Notes under the pieces: generated by a model
Told to the model about the DNA's origin: nothing
Seen by the model: the letters and a program-made list of their open reading frames with translations, nothing else
Databases searched by the model: none
Source of the DNA: Octopus vulgaris
Taxonomy: Eukaryota
Assembly: GCA_951406725.2 (NCBI GenBank)
Contig: OX597817.1
Span: 5,828,001 to 5,892,000, forward strand
Length of the DNA stretch: 64,000 nt
Reading direction: 5' to 3'
Program-made: the position numbers and the translations under genes
Shown: one piece after another, positions 1 to 12,851 of the stretch
Position numbering within the stretch: the first letter of the stretch is position 1
Layout: every line of letters starts with the position of its first letter

Positions 1-561
1 AATTTTTAAACAATTTTTTTTTTAAATGCTAAATACAGCAAGAATAACCACATCTTCTGTCAACTTTTCCTTGGCATCGTCATTTCCCTCCCAACCGTTT
101 CACGGAAGGATTGGTTTTCCCAGTTATTCAACGCCGTAAGTATGAGGGGAACTATTCACTCAGGAACAAGCTGGAATTTTCGGATACGAGAAGCAGCTGA
201 TGACAACGGCAATGTGTGTATGTAATTATTTGCACTCAAGTTTTCACACAATACCATGGCGCGACATAGATTTTGCTGGAAAAGAAATCGAGTTTCATAA
301 CACACGATTATGTTTTGATTTAAACACAAGCATACACACCCACTCTGTGTGTGAGAGAGAGAGAGAGAGGGCGAGAGAGAGATACGCATGTGTGTATTAT
401 TAATTATACACACAATTTCATGTATTTGCGCTTGATACATGATAGGTTTGGTAAAATTATGTGACCTTTCACAGTTATTTAGAAGAACATACATTTCAGT
501 AAAGATCCATATGTAAACATATATACGCCAGCACACACGCACACGTTATATAGATATATAT

Positions 562-940
562 GTGGCTGTGTGTTAAGAAATTTGCTTCCCAACTGCATGG
601 CCCCAGGTTCAGCTTGGGCCCCAGGTTCAGTTTGGGCAACTGTCGCCTACGAAAGCCTCGGGCCGACCAAAGTCTTGTGAGTGGATTTGGTGGATGAAAA
701 CTAAAAGAAGCCTGCCGTATATATATATGTGTGTGTGTATCCTAGTGTTTGTCCCCCATCACCGTTGACAACCGGCGTTGGTGTGTTTACGTCCCTTTAA
801 CTTAGTGGTTCTGCAAAAGAGACCGATAGAATAAGTACTAGGCTTAAAAAGAAAGTCCTAGGGTCGATTTGTTCGACTAAAAATCCTTTAAAGGCGATGC
901 TCCAGCATGGCCACAGTCAAATGACAAACAATTAAGAGAA
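562..940 (+). mobile_element. tRNA-derived SINE, family B (slightly degenerate)
   Basis: GTGGCTGTGTG head, internal microsatellite and CCAGCATGGCCACAGTCAAATGAC tail. Homologous to the copies at 9809 and 54179. Confidence 0.8.
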
Positions 941-1104
941 TTCGTATTGAACCATTGTCAATATAGAAATCTTATCACCAACTCTTGTTTTCAACACAAA
1001 AAGACAACTTATTGAGAGAAGATCAAGGCTAGTCATTCCAATAAGGTTCTTTTACTGTCATTACACACTGTTTTGTATCTTCAACTCAAACCAGTATTAA
1101 ATGC

Positions 1105-1490
1105 GCGTGACACTCCGTCAGTTACGACGACGAGGGTTCCAGTTGATCCGATCAACGGAACAGCCTGCTCGTGAAATTAACGTGCAAGTGGCTGAGCATT
1201 CCACAGACGCGTGTACCCTTAATGTAGTTCTCGGGGAGATTCAGCGTGACACAGTGTGTGACAAGACTGGTCCTTTAAAATACAGGTACAACAGAAACAG
1301 GAAGAAAGAGTGAGAGAAAGTTGTGGTGAAAGTGTACAGCAGGGTTCGCCACCACCCCTTGCCGGAGCCTCGTGGAGTTTTAGGTGTCTTCGCTCAAAAA
1401 AAAACACTCACAACACCCGGTCTGGGAATCGAAACCGCGTTCTTACGACCGCGAGTCCGCTGCCCTACCCACTGGACCATTGCGCCTCCA
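1105..1490 (-). mobile_element. tRNA-derived SINE, family A, full length
   Basis: Reverse complement of the 10652 copy, with Pol III A/B-box-like head and 13-bp TSD CAGTATTAAATGC (1092-1104 / 1491-1503). Confidence 0.9.
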
Positions 1491-3589
1491 CAGTATTAAA
1501 TGCAATATTTAAACAAATGTCACACTTACACATCATCATTCATCAATTATATTATTTGATGGTATATTTGTTTTTCTTCTTTCGCAATTTCCGACGGCGT
1601 CTCCATTTATGTTTAGTTCCAGTTGAAACTTTTCTGTTGAAGAACAAACACCATAATTTGTTATATTATTGACACTCAAGTTCTATAGAAACGTATGTTT
1701 TTTTGGTGTGTATGTAAGCTCAGAACAAAAGTATTTATGTACATTATATAGACACTATAAACTTTTAATTATTATAATCATTATATAGACACTGTAAACT
1801 TTTACCTGTTATTTGCATTATATAACTAAATACCATAAACATTTACCTGTATAAACGAATAATAAATGAACATACGAAATATAAGTATATCTATCTTTTT
1901 TACACGCAAACACATACATACACATCAAACAGAAAGGAATGGGGAATTGTGATGTTAATAAAATGGAAATATTTATTAAGATAATTTGGTATACATTTTC
2001 AAGTATTTGCTTTAGTTTTACACCAATTCCGAATATATTGTCTATGTATACGTTCGTTCGTATTGTAGGCATTCGATCTGTTTAGCTCGATTATGATTTT
2101 TTTTTTTTTGCTTTGAAACTAATTATCTGGTTAAATACAGACATAAAGGTTCCACCAACTACAAGAACCTACTAATATGGCTCAGTATTCTTGTCATTAG
2201 TAGAGAATAGAGTGAAATTGTCAGTTTTACATTACGTAATATTTAGCAGAACGTGATATACATCTTCAGAGATTTGTGCTGTGTATCGAATGCTAATTCA
2301 AAGTTGTATATATGAGTGTATACTTTTTACGTTATCAGACTGTGTTTATGCTGGTATGTATGTAAGAAAGAGCGCTAGTGAGTGTATATTTCGAAATATT
2401 ATCATTGCAGAAATTAATTTAATCCAAAATAAAAATATTGTTATTTCGACTTATGAAACCTCGAAGCCATAAAAAATTGATTATTATCAATGACCTCTGC
2501 TGCTCGCATCGAAGATCAATTGATGATGTGGTATCTGGGAGTTAAGCTCTCTTTCTGTGTATTTTTCTCTGGAAGTTGAATATTAATTTATTAACTCACT
2601 ACATAATTCAGAAAGACTGATCGAATCTGAGGTCCATTAACGATTACAAAATCTGATGTTAAGAACAAAAATAAAAATCAGCTCAGTTCTCATTCTCCTT
2701 TGCCAAACTTGGAAAATGGTCAAAACAAATGTCATAGCCGTGGACGGCAAAAGCGTTTTTGACTTGACCTAGCAAAACAGACTCTGTGGCAAACTGAAAT
2801 CCAACGGCATTCGTGGAATACAAAAGTAACAGAAAAGTTACATAACGAAAAACTTATTAAGTTATTCTTTCGCATCAGTCTTCTTCGTCAGCGACGAATG
2901 CATTAATCTCACAGTTTCAAAGCTCAATACTTTCCTTGCTTCCATTCTGAGATCATCTAAATGTCTGTAAAAATAAGTTGTATTTGTATTCCGAAAAACT
3001 CAAAACTATTTACAACAACCAGGTTAAACAGCCCTTTTCAAAATGAAAGCCTGTGAGGCTTACTAATATTTCAGTTACCAAGATGTAAAGGAATGCAATA
3101 CGAGAAAATTTTAATTGCACCTCATTAATTATAAGCTGCCTAAGATAAATCAGCCTGAGATTATAGGTGTCCTATAAAAGCTATAACTGCTCAAGAGATT
3201 AAGTGTTGCTAGTAACAAAGCTATTGAAAATGAACATTCGATTAAAAGAACATTCAGTCATCTTATGATCCAAAAAACATTCTTAAATAGGATGAGATGT
3301 TTGGTATTATTGGGCATAGAAATGTTAAGTTATGGAGACTGTTTCTATTCTTGATATTATTCCTCCAATTTCCATCGATGCAGAGAGGGTTATATTATGC
3401 GGTAAGAAATTTTGTTGCAAAATTTCCATATACTTTTGGCAACAGCACCATCAGTAACGTATGCTTCTTGAGATACTAGTTTCGATATAGGTGAAGACAT
3501 GAATGTGTGATCAACAAGCTCATTTTGCACTCCCACTCACGGTGCTTTAAGCAAATGTTTTCTAATATGGAAAGGTTGTTCAATGCTTT

Positions 3590-3897
3590 GTAAGTGAATT
3601 TGGTAGGTGGAAACTGTGGAAGCCCATCGTATATATATACATATATGTGCGTGTGTGTGTTTGTGTGTGAGTGTGTATGAATGAATCTGTGTGTTTGACT
3701 ACCCACTTCGCTACTGCTTGGTAGTCGGTGTTGGTTTATTTACGTCAATCGTAAATATATATATCATTGTTCTGCAAAAAAATCCGATAGGATAGGTACT
3801 GGATTTAAGAAGTAGTACTGGGGTCGATATCTTTTGTCAAACCCTTTATGGTTGTGCCATACAATGGCCGCAGTTGAATGACTGAAAAAAGTAGAAA
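3590..3897 (+). mobile_element. Degenerate family B SINE (3' part)
   Basis: GTGAATTTGGTAGGTGGAAACTG...ATGGCCGCAGTTGAATGACTGAAA similarity to family B. Confidence 0.65.
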
Positions 3898-4399
3898 AAT
3901 GATCTGATTGAAATATATTTTTTTAGTATTCAGGAAAGTATTTTTGTAGACGTTTTTCAGATTAATAGTTTTCTTTATAGCAATACATGTTTTTCTAAAT
4001 CTAATATATTTTGTTCATGATGTTTGGTTCTTTATTACCAAAATTTTAAATCACTAAATAAGAGAGTTGAAATATAAAAAAGAAATAATAAACATAAAGT
4101 TTTTAGTTTTTCTTCAAAATTTTTGCAACATGTAATTTTATATACTGCTGATTTCTTGGAAATAACAGGTTCCAGGGGTTTAAAATACCCTGAGATCTGT
4201 GTGTGTGTTGCAGGCATTTCTATGCATGTAAAAATATGCATGAATTTAAGTTTACGTATGTACATGTAAGCATGTATAGACACAAATATATTGTTGGCCT
4301 CATAAAAATTTTATAAACATTTCAGACATTGTGAAATAATTCTTCGGTGAAATAACATATCTCGAAGCGCTCATATATACACATAAAGCTATAAATAAT

Positions 4400-4436
4400 A
4401 ACATTTGAATATTGCGTGCGTATGTTTATATGTCTG

Positions 4437-4469
<33 letters not shown>

Positions 4470-4545
4470 TATGCATATATACGTATGTGTGCATTTGTAT
4501 GTCTATGTATATATGTGTATATATATATATATGTGTGTGTGCATA

Positions 4546-4624
<79 letters not shown>

Positions 4625-4625
4625 T
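4400..4625. repeat. (TA)n/(TG)n compound microsatellite
   Basis: Directly visible. Similar tracts at 5375-5640, 6160-6595, 9185-9460, 45340-45600. Confidence 0.95.
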
Positions 4626-4820
4626 AACCCCCAGACGGAAGATGAACTGCTTTTACATTTGTTGGAATTTTGTATGAATTTTTACTGATATTTCATAGGA
4701 TGAGACGCATCGAAACCGGTAATATTTTCTTTATATAATTTATCAATTCCCTCTTAAATTGAAAAGTTTTATACTATACTTACTTCTGTGCTATTTCCAC
4801 TTCCAGCTTATACACATATA

Positions 4821-5375
4821 CATGAGTTGGACACAATAATGGAAACACCTTAAAATTTCAAACAAACTTATTTTAATATGGGGTAGGCCCGCCTTTGGCA
4901 GTAATTGCAGCTTGAATGCTACGAGATATGGATTTGTACAAAGTTAGAATTCTTTCCAAATAAATTTTTGTCCATTCTTCAGCTAAAACAGTCCCCAGTT
5001 CTTGTAGTGATGATGGTGGAGGATATCGACTCCTTTTTCTAAAATGCGCTATAAATGTTCAATAATATTGAGATCGTGTGATGGTGGTGGCCAGATAAGA
5101 GGTTCAACTTCACTAGAATGTTCCTCGTGCAATTCAGTAACAACTTTAGCTGTGTAAGTTATCCTCCCGAAAGATTGCGTTTCCCCCCGGAAACAGTTCC
5201 GCAACATAGGATGAATTTGATCACATAAAATGATTAAATAGTCTTGACTATTAATTCTACCATGAAGGGAAACCATTGGACCAGCGGATTTCCAAGATAT
5301 AGCCCCCACCCCACCCCACAGCTTCACAGATCCTCCGCCATGTTTAACAGCTTAAAGAGGGCAGTCTGAGTCAAA
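4821..5375 (-). mobile_element. Tc1-like transposon fossil (3' portion of transposase and one terminus)
   Basis: Minus-strand peptides GAISWKSAGPMVSLHGRINSQDYL, WPPPSHDLNIIEHL and IQAAITAKGGPTPY* match Tc1 DD34E motifs. Frameshifted; terminus follows a TA. Confidence 0.85.
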
Positions 5376-5576
5376 TGTGTGTGTATGTATATATATATAT
5401 ACACACATATATATATATACATATATATATATATACATATATATACATATATATATATATGCATATAGATATATATATACATATACATATATATGCATAT
5501 AGATATATATATACATATACATATATAGATATATTTATGTATATATATACATACATATACATATATATACACATAC

Positions 5577-5620
<44 letters not shown>

Positions 5621-5639
5621 AAGTATGTATGTATGTATA

Positions 5640-6150
5640 AAAATGCTCTAATAAAGACAGGAATTGCAGCTGGTAATTGCGAGAGGGAGGCACAAGACCG
5701 TGATGGATGAAGGAAGATGGTGCATGATGGTTGTTCAAAGTATGAGAGAATTAGGAGGGGGAACCTGTGCAAAGTGAGAGAGTATTTGCTTTTTATATGT
5801 GTGGTTTGTGGACGGAGGGGTTTGAGTGATGCAGGCCTGGTGAGCCATCAAAATTCTCATAGAAATCGACCCATGATAAAAAAAAATGATGTGGTTATTA
5901 AAATTCATAACAGAACGTGTGTAAAATGTGAAAGAGTATGCCACTCAGTTGGCGGTCTATAAAGACATGTTAAGTGAGTTCATATGGTGGCACCTGTTTC
6001 TCCTGGCAGCCAGCACTGTTGTCCAGTATGTAATAAAATGTGTAAAAGCTTGGCCGAGCTTAAAAGTCATATAAGAGCATCACATGGCAACAATCATGAA
6101 TCATTTCAGTAAGTCTTCTTGGCAATGGCTTTTCTCGTGTAACGAGGATG
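5640..6150 (+). mobile_element. RTE-clade LINE 3' fragment with C2H2 zinc fingers
   Basis: [30 protein letters not shown] resembles the RTE A.DR..WR motif. It is followed by CVVC..SHQNSH, CVKC..RHVK*VH and CPVC..SHIRASH, with stop codons. Confidence 0.7.
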
Positions 6151-6171
6151 CAGCTGTTATATATGTATATG

Positions 6172-6203
<32 letters not shown>

Positions 6204-6241
6204 TGTATGTATGTATGTATGTATGTATGTATGTATGTGTG

Positions 6242-6275
<34 letters not shown>

Positions 6276-6431
6276 TGTATATATGTATGTATATAAATGT
6301 ATGTATGTATATATGTATGTATATAAATGTATGTATGTATATATATATATATGTATTTTTGTATATATGCATGTATTTATGTATGTATATAAATGTCTAT
6401 ATATATGTATATATATGTATGTATATATGTA

Positions 6432-6482
<51 letters not shown>

Positions 6483-6600
6483 ATAAATGTGTATATATAT
6501 GTATATATATAATCTATATATATATATATGTATTTATATATATCTATATATATATATATATGCATATATATATATATACATATATATATATATTCTTATA

Positions 6601-6989
6601 TTTTTGTACTTGTTTCAGTTATTTGAATGCGGTCATGCTGTGGCACCTCTTTTAATCGTGCAAATTGACCCCAGGACTTACTTTTTGTAAGCCCAGTACT
6701 TATTCTATCGGTCTATTTTGCCGAACCGCTAAGTTACAGGGACATAAACACACCAGCATCAGTTGTCAAGCCATGCTGGGGGACAAATACAGACACATAC
6801 ACACACACACACATACATATATATACGACGGGCTTCTTTCAGTTTCCGTCTATCAAGTCCACTCACAAGGCTTTGCTCGGCCCGAGGCTATAGCATAAGA
6901 CACTTGCCCAAGGTGTCACGCAGTGGGACTGAACACGGAACCCTATAGTTGGTAAGCAAGATACTTACCACACAGCCACTCCTGCGCCT
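6601..6989 (-). mobile_element. Family B SINE, full length
   Basis: Reverse complement of the 54179 copy. Confidence 0.88.
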
Positions 6990-7010
6990 GTTTATATGCA
7001 TATGTATATA

Positions 7011-7451
7011 AAATATTCTATAATTATATACATAATTATAATCAGGGGCCAGCTAATTGGTTCGCCACGTACCGAAATTAGAAATAGACGCTAAATGTCA
7101 TTTCAACTACCATAAGTATATTTTGGGGAGTACGGTTGAATATCGTTTATGTGGTAACGTTTGATCACGTACTTATTTAATTCTTACTCTCGCAAATTTA
7201 TAACTCGAAATATCACACTAAGATGAGAAATAGGTAAATATAATTTACTTTAATCTCGAAACGCGTCTGTGATTAATGGAATTCGTGTGGATTCATCGTT
7301 TTCTTCTTTTGCCTACATAAAATGTGTGTTATTGTCTCGGAAATACTTATGGTAATTGAAAATGACATTAGCGTTTATTTCTAATTTCGGCACGTGGCGA
7401 AGCAATTAGCTGAACCCTGATTATACTTACGTATATAATTATAGAATATTT
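7011..7451. mobile_element. Long inverted-repeat element (about 110-bp arms) with a central hammerhead-like motif; Penelope-like remnant or MITE
   Basis: 7011-~7120 is the reverse complement of ~7340-7451 (CAGCTAATTGGTTCGCCACGT / ACGTGGCGAAGCAATTAGCTG). Motif at 7212-7273. Confidence 0.7.
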
Positions 7452-7639
7452 TGTATAATTCACCTAAAAAGTACATTTTAACGAACTGACTACTTGATAA
7501 ACTTATTAATTATTAATAAATTAATTAATTGATTGATTAAGTAATTAATCTTCCCCTATATTATTATATATGTATATATATGCATGTATATATATATATA
7601 TGTATATGTATATATATATATATGTATGTATGTATGTAT

Positions 7640-7846
7640 ATAAAGTTAATCCAAACAAGAAAGCACAAAAAAACACAACAACGCGAGGACGTGGAACAAA
7701 TATAGTATTATTGGACGCTCAGGAAAGAAGGGAGGAAGGAGGATTTAACGTTTCGAGCGGAGCTCTTCGTCGGAAACATAGTAGGAAAGATCCAGAGAAG
7801 GGAAGACAGAGGGAAAAAAATCGCCAACGGTACACACGAGGTCACA
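7640..7846 (-). mobile_element. Short Penelope-like remnant carrying a minimal hammerhead-like motif
   Basis: Minus strand reads GTTT CCGACGA A GAGC TCC GCTC GAAAC GTT AAAT. Shares a downstream TTCCTGAGCGT block with the 63430 element and sits within microsatellite. Confidence 0.6.
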
Positions 7847-7936
7847 TTTGTATATATATATGTGTGTGTGTATGTATATATATATATATATATGTGTGTG
7901 TGTATGTATGTATATATATATATATGTATGTATGTA

Positions 7937-9181
7937 CTAGCTGTTGGACCCGGTGTTGCTCATGTTTACCGTGTTGAAGTTAAGCCCACCTCTGACCTTG
8001 TATTGAAATATCTGTTCCGCGTGGCAACTTTTACCCATTAAGATGTTACATCTTGTTCGGCAGGGATTTTCCCCAGTTAACGCTTTCAACATACTCCTAC
8101 ATACTGGACCGTCTGACATCGTAGTCGGACTTTTGGGTGTACCTCGACCTGCTGAGAGCAGTATTTGTTTATTTCTCTCTCCTTAATGCCGCTCTCTGTA
8201 CAAAATTGTCCAATCTCAACAAAATCTGAAAAAAAGGTGTTAAGGTTATGTCATAAAATAGAATCCCTGTGACCATTTACATGAAAATATCCCATTCACT
8301 TTTAAATCCCAATATATTAAATGAATATGAATAATCGATGTTTCATTTGTCGAAGTGCTTAAATTTACTCTTCAAAATCAATTAATTATTTTATTGTCTG
8401 TGAATTTTGACGATTTCTTCCTTTCATCATTTTAATTTTAATTCTACTTCATGACTCCGACCATAACTTTTACCTAAATGTCAAATATCATCAAAATCGG
8501 CTAAATTCTGTAAAAATTACTGCATAAAATATTAATCCTATGGGTAATTGCATACATAAAGCCTATTGATTTTTAAAAATCCCCTGCTCAGGCGCAGTTA
8601 TCGATTTTTTGCCAACTCTTCATGCTGGCATGAACTGTAGTCACGTGTAAAATTTCTACAAAATTTGTAAGAATGTCTGTATGGAAAAGCGTATTTGCAT
8701 TTGTGCCATGTTCAAGCCATTTTGATTTAAATAAACACTTTTACCGTCTCCCCCAGCAGAAAATTTACCTACATTTTAAATTTCATTAAAATCGGAGAAA
8801 AATATAAAAGTTATGGTCAAAAATAAAATCCCTATTGGTATATATAAAACGACTACTCAGGTGCAGTTACAGATTTTTTGTCAACACCATATACTGACAT
8901 TAACTCACTGCCATGAGCCTCGCTCACTCATCGATTTTCATCAAAATCGGACATAAACTGTAAAAGCTGCAGGAAAAATAATATACTTTTGGGAGTTTCC
9001 ATTCAAATTCCCGTTTGAGCTCAGAAAAATCGATGCCAACTGAGCATTATCAAGTTTTTGAAAGATTGCGGTCTTCTTTGAATTGCAGGGCATATGATCT
9101 ACGTATGTGCAAAAAATCATTAAAATCGGTTGGACGGTGTGGGAGGAGTTAGAGTTAGATACCATTATACATGTATATAGA
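7937..9181 (-). mobile_element. Non-autonomous Helitron-like element with internal degenerate subrepeats
   Basis: On the minus strand: A|TC start, CTAG|T end, and a subterminal GAGCAACACCGGG block shared with the 12852 element. Repeated TCAAAATCGG and CTCAGG(C/T)GCAGTTA blocks inside. Confidence 0.7.
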
Positions 9182-9772
9182 TAAATATGTGTATATGTAT
9201 ATATATATATGCATTTGTATATATATATGTGTGTGTGTGTGTATATATATATGTGTGTGTGTGTGTATGTGTGTGTATATATATATGTATTTATATGTAT
9301 ATATATATATTTATAGGTATATATATATATGTATATATATATAAATATTATATATATATATTATATATATATATATATATGTGTGTATGTATATATGCCT
9401 ATATATATATATATTTATATATGTATATATTTGTATATATATATGTGTGTGGGTGTGTGTTGGGAAAGTAAGAAGAAAAAAGCGAAAATGCACATTGAAT
9501 ATCAAAAACATAAAGGCTTTTTTTATGAAAAGTAGCAATGCATTAATACAATTAGATGAACTGAGTTCGAACTAAGAGGAATTAAATTCATCATTTTGAA
9601 TTGTTAAAGAGATTCGAAGTCAAACCGGTGTAGTCATTGCTGTTCACTGGATTTGAATACATTCAAATATATATATGTGTGTGTTTGTGTGTCTATATAT
9701 ATGTACATATATATTTATATGTATATACGTATATAGATAGATAGATATACACGTATGTAATTATAGATACAG

Positions 9773-9808
<36 letters not shown>

Positions 9809-10185
9809 GTGGCTGTGTGGTAAGTAGCTTGCAAACCAACCTCATGGTTCCGGGTTCAGTCCCACTGCGTGGTATCCTGGGCAAGTGTCTTCTGCTATAG
9901 CCCCGGGCCGACCAATGGCTTGTGAGTGGATTTGGTTGACGGAAACTGAAAGAAGCCTGTCGTATATATGTGTATGTATGTGTGTGTGTTTGTCCCCCAG
10001 CATTGCTTGACAACCGATGCTGGTGTGTTTACGTCCCCGTCACTTAGCGGTTCGGCAAAATAGACCGATAGAATAAGTACTGGGCTTACAAAGAATAAGT
10101 CCCGGGATCGATTTGCTCGACTAAAGGCGGTGCTCCAGCATGGCCGCAGTCAAATGACTGAAACAAGTAAAAGAGTAAAAGAGTA
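9809..10185 (+). mobile_element. Family B SINE, full length
   Basis: tRNA-like head, CORE-like CCTGGGCAAGTGTCTTC block and (GTAAAAGA)n tail. Confidence 0.9.
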
Positions 10186-10651
10186 TACATACATACATAC
10201 ATACATAGACTCACACCACACACGTATTAATATATACACACACAGATATATGTATGTCCATGCATGCATGTATGTATTTGTGTGTGTATAAATATTTGTA
10301 CATAATTTCAATGATATACGCCTAATATTTTATGACTTCCCAATTTCTTCTTCCCCTGTTCTTACTTTCTATTATATTGTTGGATTTAGCCTTTTATTTC
10401 CTGTTGACTTGACCTTCTCCTTAGTCAAAATGGGTGTTGGTATGACATGCTATTGTTTTGGTGGGGTTTTTTTCTTTGTTGTCGGGTGTTATTTTTCAGT
10501 TCCTATTGAAGCGAAGTATGAGCTAATATTACTCATTTCTCTGCTGACTGGTGGCAGCGACGGTCGTAGTTGTCGTTATTGTTGTTACTTGAAATCGTAA
10601 TGCATGCCGTGATTTTCTGTGGCTTTGTTTCTGCTGATATTGTTAGTGATG

Positions 10652-11041
10652 TGGAGGCGCAATGGCCCAGTGGTTAGGGCAGCGGACTCGCGGTCATAGG
10701 ATCGCGGTTTCGATTCCCAGACCGGGCGTTGTGAGTATTTATTGAGCGAAAACACCTAAAAGCTCCACGAGGCTCCGGCAGGGGATGGTGGTGATCCCTG
10801 CTGTACTCTTTCACCACAACTTTCTCTCACTCTTACTTCCTGTTTCTGTTGTACCTGTATTTCAAAAGGCTGGCCTTGTCACTCTCTGTGTCACGCTGAA
10901 TATCCCCGAGAACTACGTTAAGGGCACACTTGTCTGTGGAGTGCTCAGCCACTTACACGTTAATTTCACGAGCAGGCTGTTCCGTTGATTCGGATCAACC
11001 GGAACCCTCGTCGTCGTAACCGACGGAGTGCTTCCATATCC
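10652..11041 (+). mobile_element. Family A SINE, full length
   Basis: A box TGGCCCAGTGG, B box TTCGATTCC and 13-bp TSD ATTGTTAGTGATG (10639-10651 / 11042-11054). Confidence 0.92.
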
Positions 11042-12016
11042 ATTGTTAGTGATGGTGGGCTTGTTTGTTTTTTTTATTTTGTTTCCAGTTAAACAAAATA
11101 TTAATATTTAACACACATATATAATACTTAGACATGGTAGATCTCCATCGCTCCACGTTGAGGATACAGCTGTTCGTTCCACTGGGTTACCTGCTCATGT
11201 ATTAAAGTGTTATCTGGCTGAGAATTTCAGAGTCGTATAACCGTAGCATAATCTTCACGTGGAATCAGCATGATCCAGTTTCTGTGACTCACTGTTCCAT
11301 TTGAATTACCTGTCCAATCTGTTCGGCTGGCTTCTTTACACTTCCCAGATTTAGTCACAAAGTTATGAGTTGATTCGTGGTTACAGAAAATGACGTCTCT
11401 CCAAGGTGCCGCACAGTGATATCTAATCCAAGACCCTACTTATATCTATGTATGTATATAGTAGCAATATCCGTGTGATTTTAACGGTTATTTTGAAAAC
11501 TTTAAAATGCTTGGAGTTTATAGACAACAATGAAACATGTATAATTTCTTTTAACGTTGTATTTTGCTTAACCCTTTTTGAGACACACGATGTTTTGATA
11601 TGTGTAGCCAAAAAGACCAAACTTGTTTTTCTATTGACATCTCTGGTTAGCTATTACATTTCAAAACCAACCATTCTCAACATTTGTTCCATGGGGCCGA
11701 TAGGTCGGCTTCAAAGTCCTTTCAGCTTGTATCACTTGGACTGGTCAATCGGCCTGGGTGTCCTAGGAGAGTTAAAACATTTGAATATTTAAATGGCCTA
11801 AACTCCAGATAGGTAGTATTGAATGTGCCCTTTTTTTGGAGAGCTAAAAGATGAAGTCCTTACCACTTCCACCTTGAGAGTTATGTTATTTTTTCCACTT
11901 TCCGTCAAAGTATAATCTGTCCCTATTATTATTCAGCTAGTGTGCAACCACGTGGGTTACAAATCTTAATGAACAGTACTATACCCTTATCATCATCTCA
12001 AATAGAATTTCATATA

Positions 12017-12400
12017 GTGGAAGCACTCCGTCGGTTACGACGACGAGGGTTCCGGTTGATCCGATCAACGGAACAGCCTGCTCGTGAAATTAACGTGTAA
12101 GTGGCTGAGCACTCCACAGACACGTGTACCCTTAACGTAGTTCTCGGGGATATTCAGCGTGACACAGAGAGTGACAAGGCCGGCCCTTTGAAATACAGGT
12201 ACAACAGAAACAGGAAGTAAGAGTGAGAGAAAGTTGTGGTGAAAGAGTACAGCAGGGATCACCACCATCCCTGCCGGAGCCTCGTGGAGCTTTAGGTGTT
12301 TTCTCTCAATAAACACTTACAACGCCCGGTCTGGGAATCGAAACCGCGATCCTACGACCGCGAGTCCGCTGCCCTAATCACTGGGCCATTGCGCCTCCAC
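12017..12400 (-). mobile_element. Family A SINE, full length
   Basis: Near-identical reverse complement of the 10652 copy; TSD AGAA(T/G)TTCATATA. Confidence 0.92.
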
Positions 12401-12851
12401 AGAAGTTCATATAATTAGACTTGAATCCACAGTCCCTCCTTTTGTAATAAGTGGCTATCTCTCTGACCTTTGCATTCTTGAAAAGGAAAACAAATATCAG
12501 TAATACAGGCACTGGCTTGGCCTTGGGGCTAAAATGTTCGCTTCATACTGTAGGATTCTTGATTTGGCAACATAGTACCTTGTGCAGTAGTCTTCTATAG
12601 CTTCGAGCTGGTAAATTCATTGAGTGAAATTGATAGCCAGGAACATTGCTGTTGTTGATATATCATAACATAGCGGTCCAATAATATATGTACCAAACTT
12701 TAAAATAAATTGTGAGGTCGATATTTTCGACCATAGTTCTACCTTAAAGGTATTGGTGCAATCTAATTACAGGTAGAATAAGTAACATTTTAAATTTAAT
12801 TATTTATATTATTTTAATTGCAGTTAGCTTGTTCTTACGTACACCCACATA

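Noticed and set aside
39-135. Possible exon ending at a strong gtaagt donor (136)
   Set aside because: No SDR-like translation in any frame and cannot be linked to the gene without transcript data.
10409-10600. Hydrophobic ORF containing LLTGGSDG as the candidate first SDR exon
   Set aside because: Splicing would give TGGSDGSGIG (wrong motif spacing), the donor gtcgta is poor, and there is no K.V.GE.VLITG context.
10652-10730. tRNA gene-like sequences at SINE heads
   Set aside because: They continue into SINE bodies with TSDs and occur in many copies; not functional tRNA genes.
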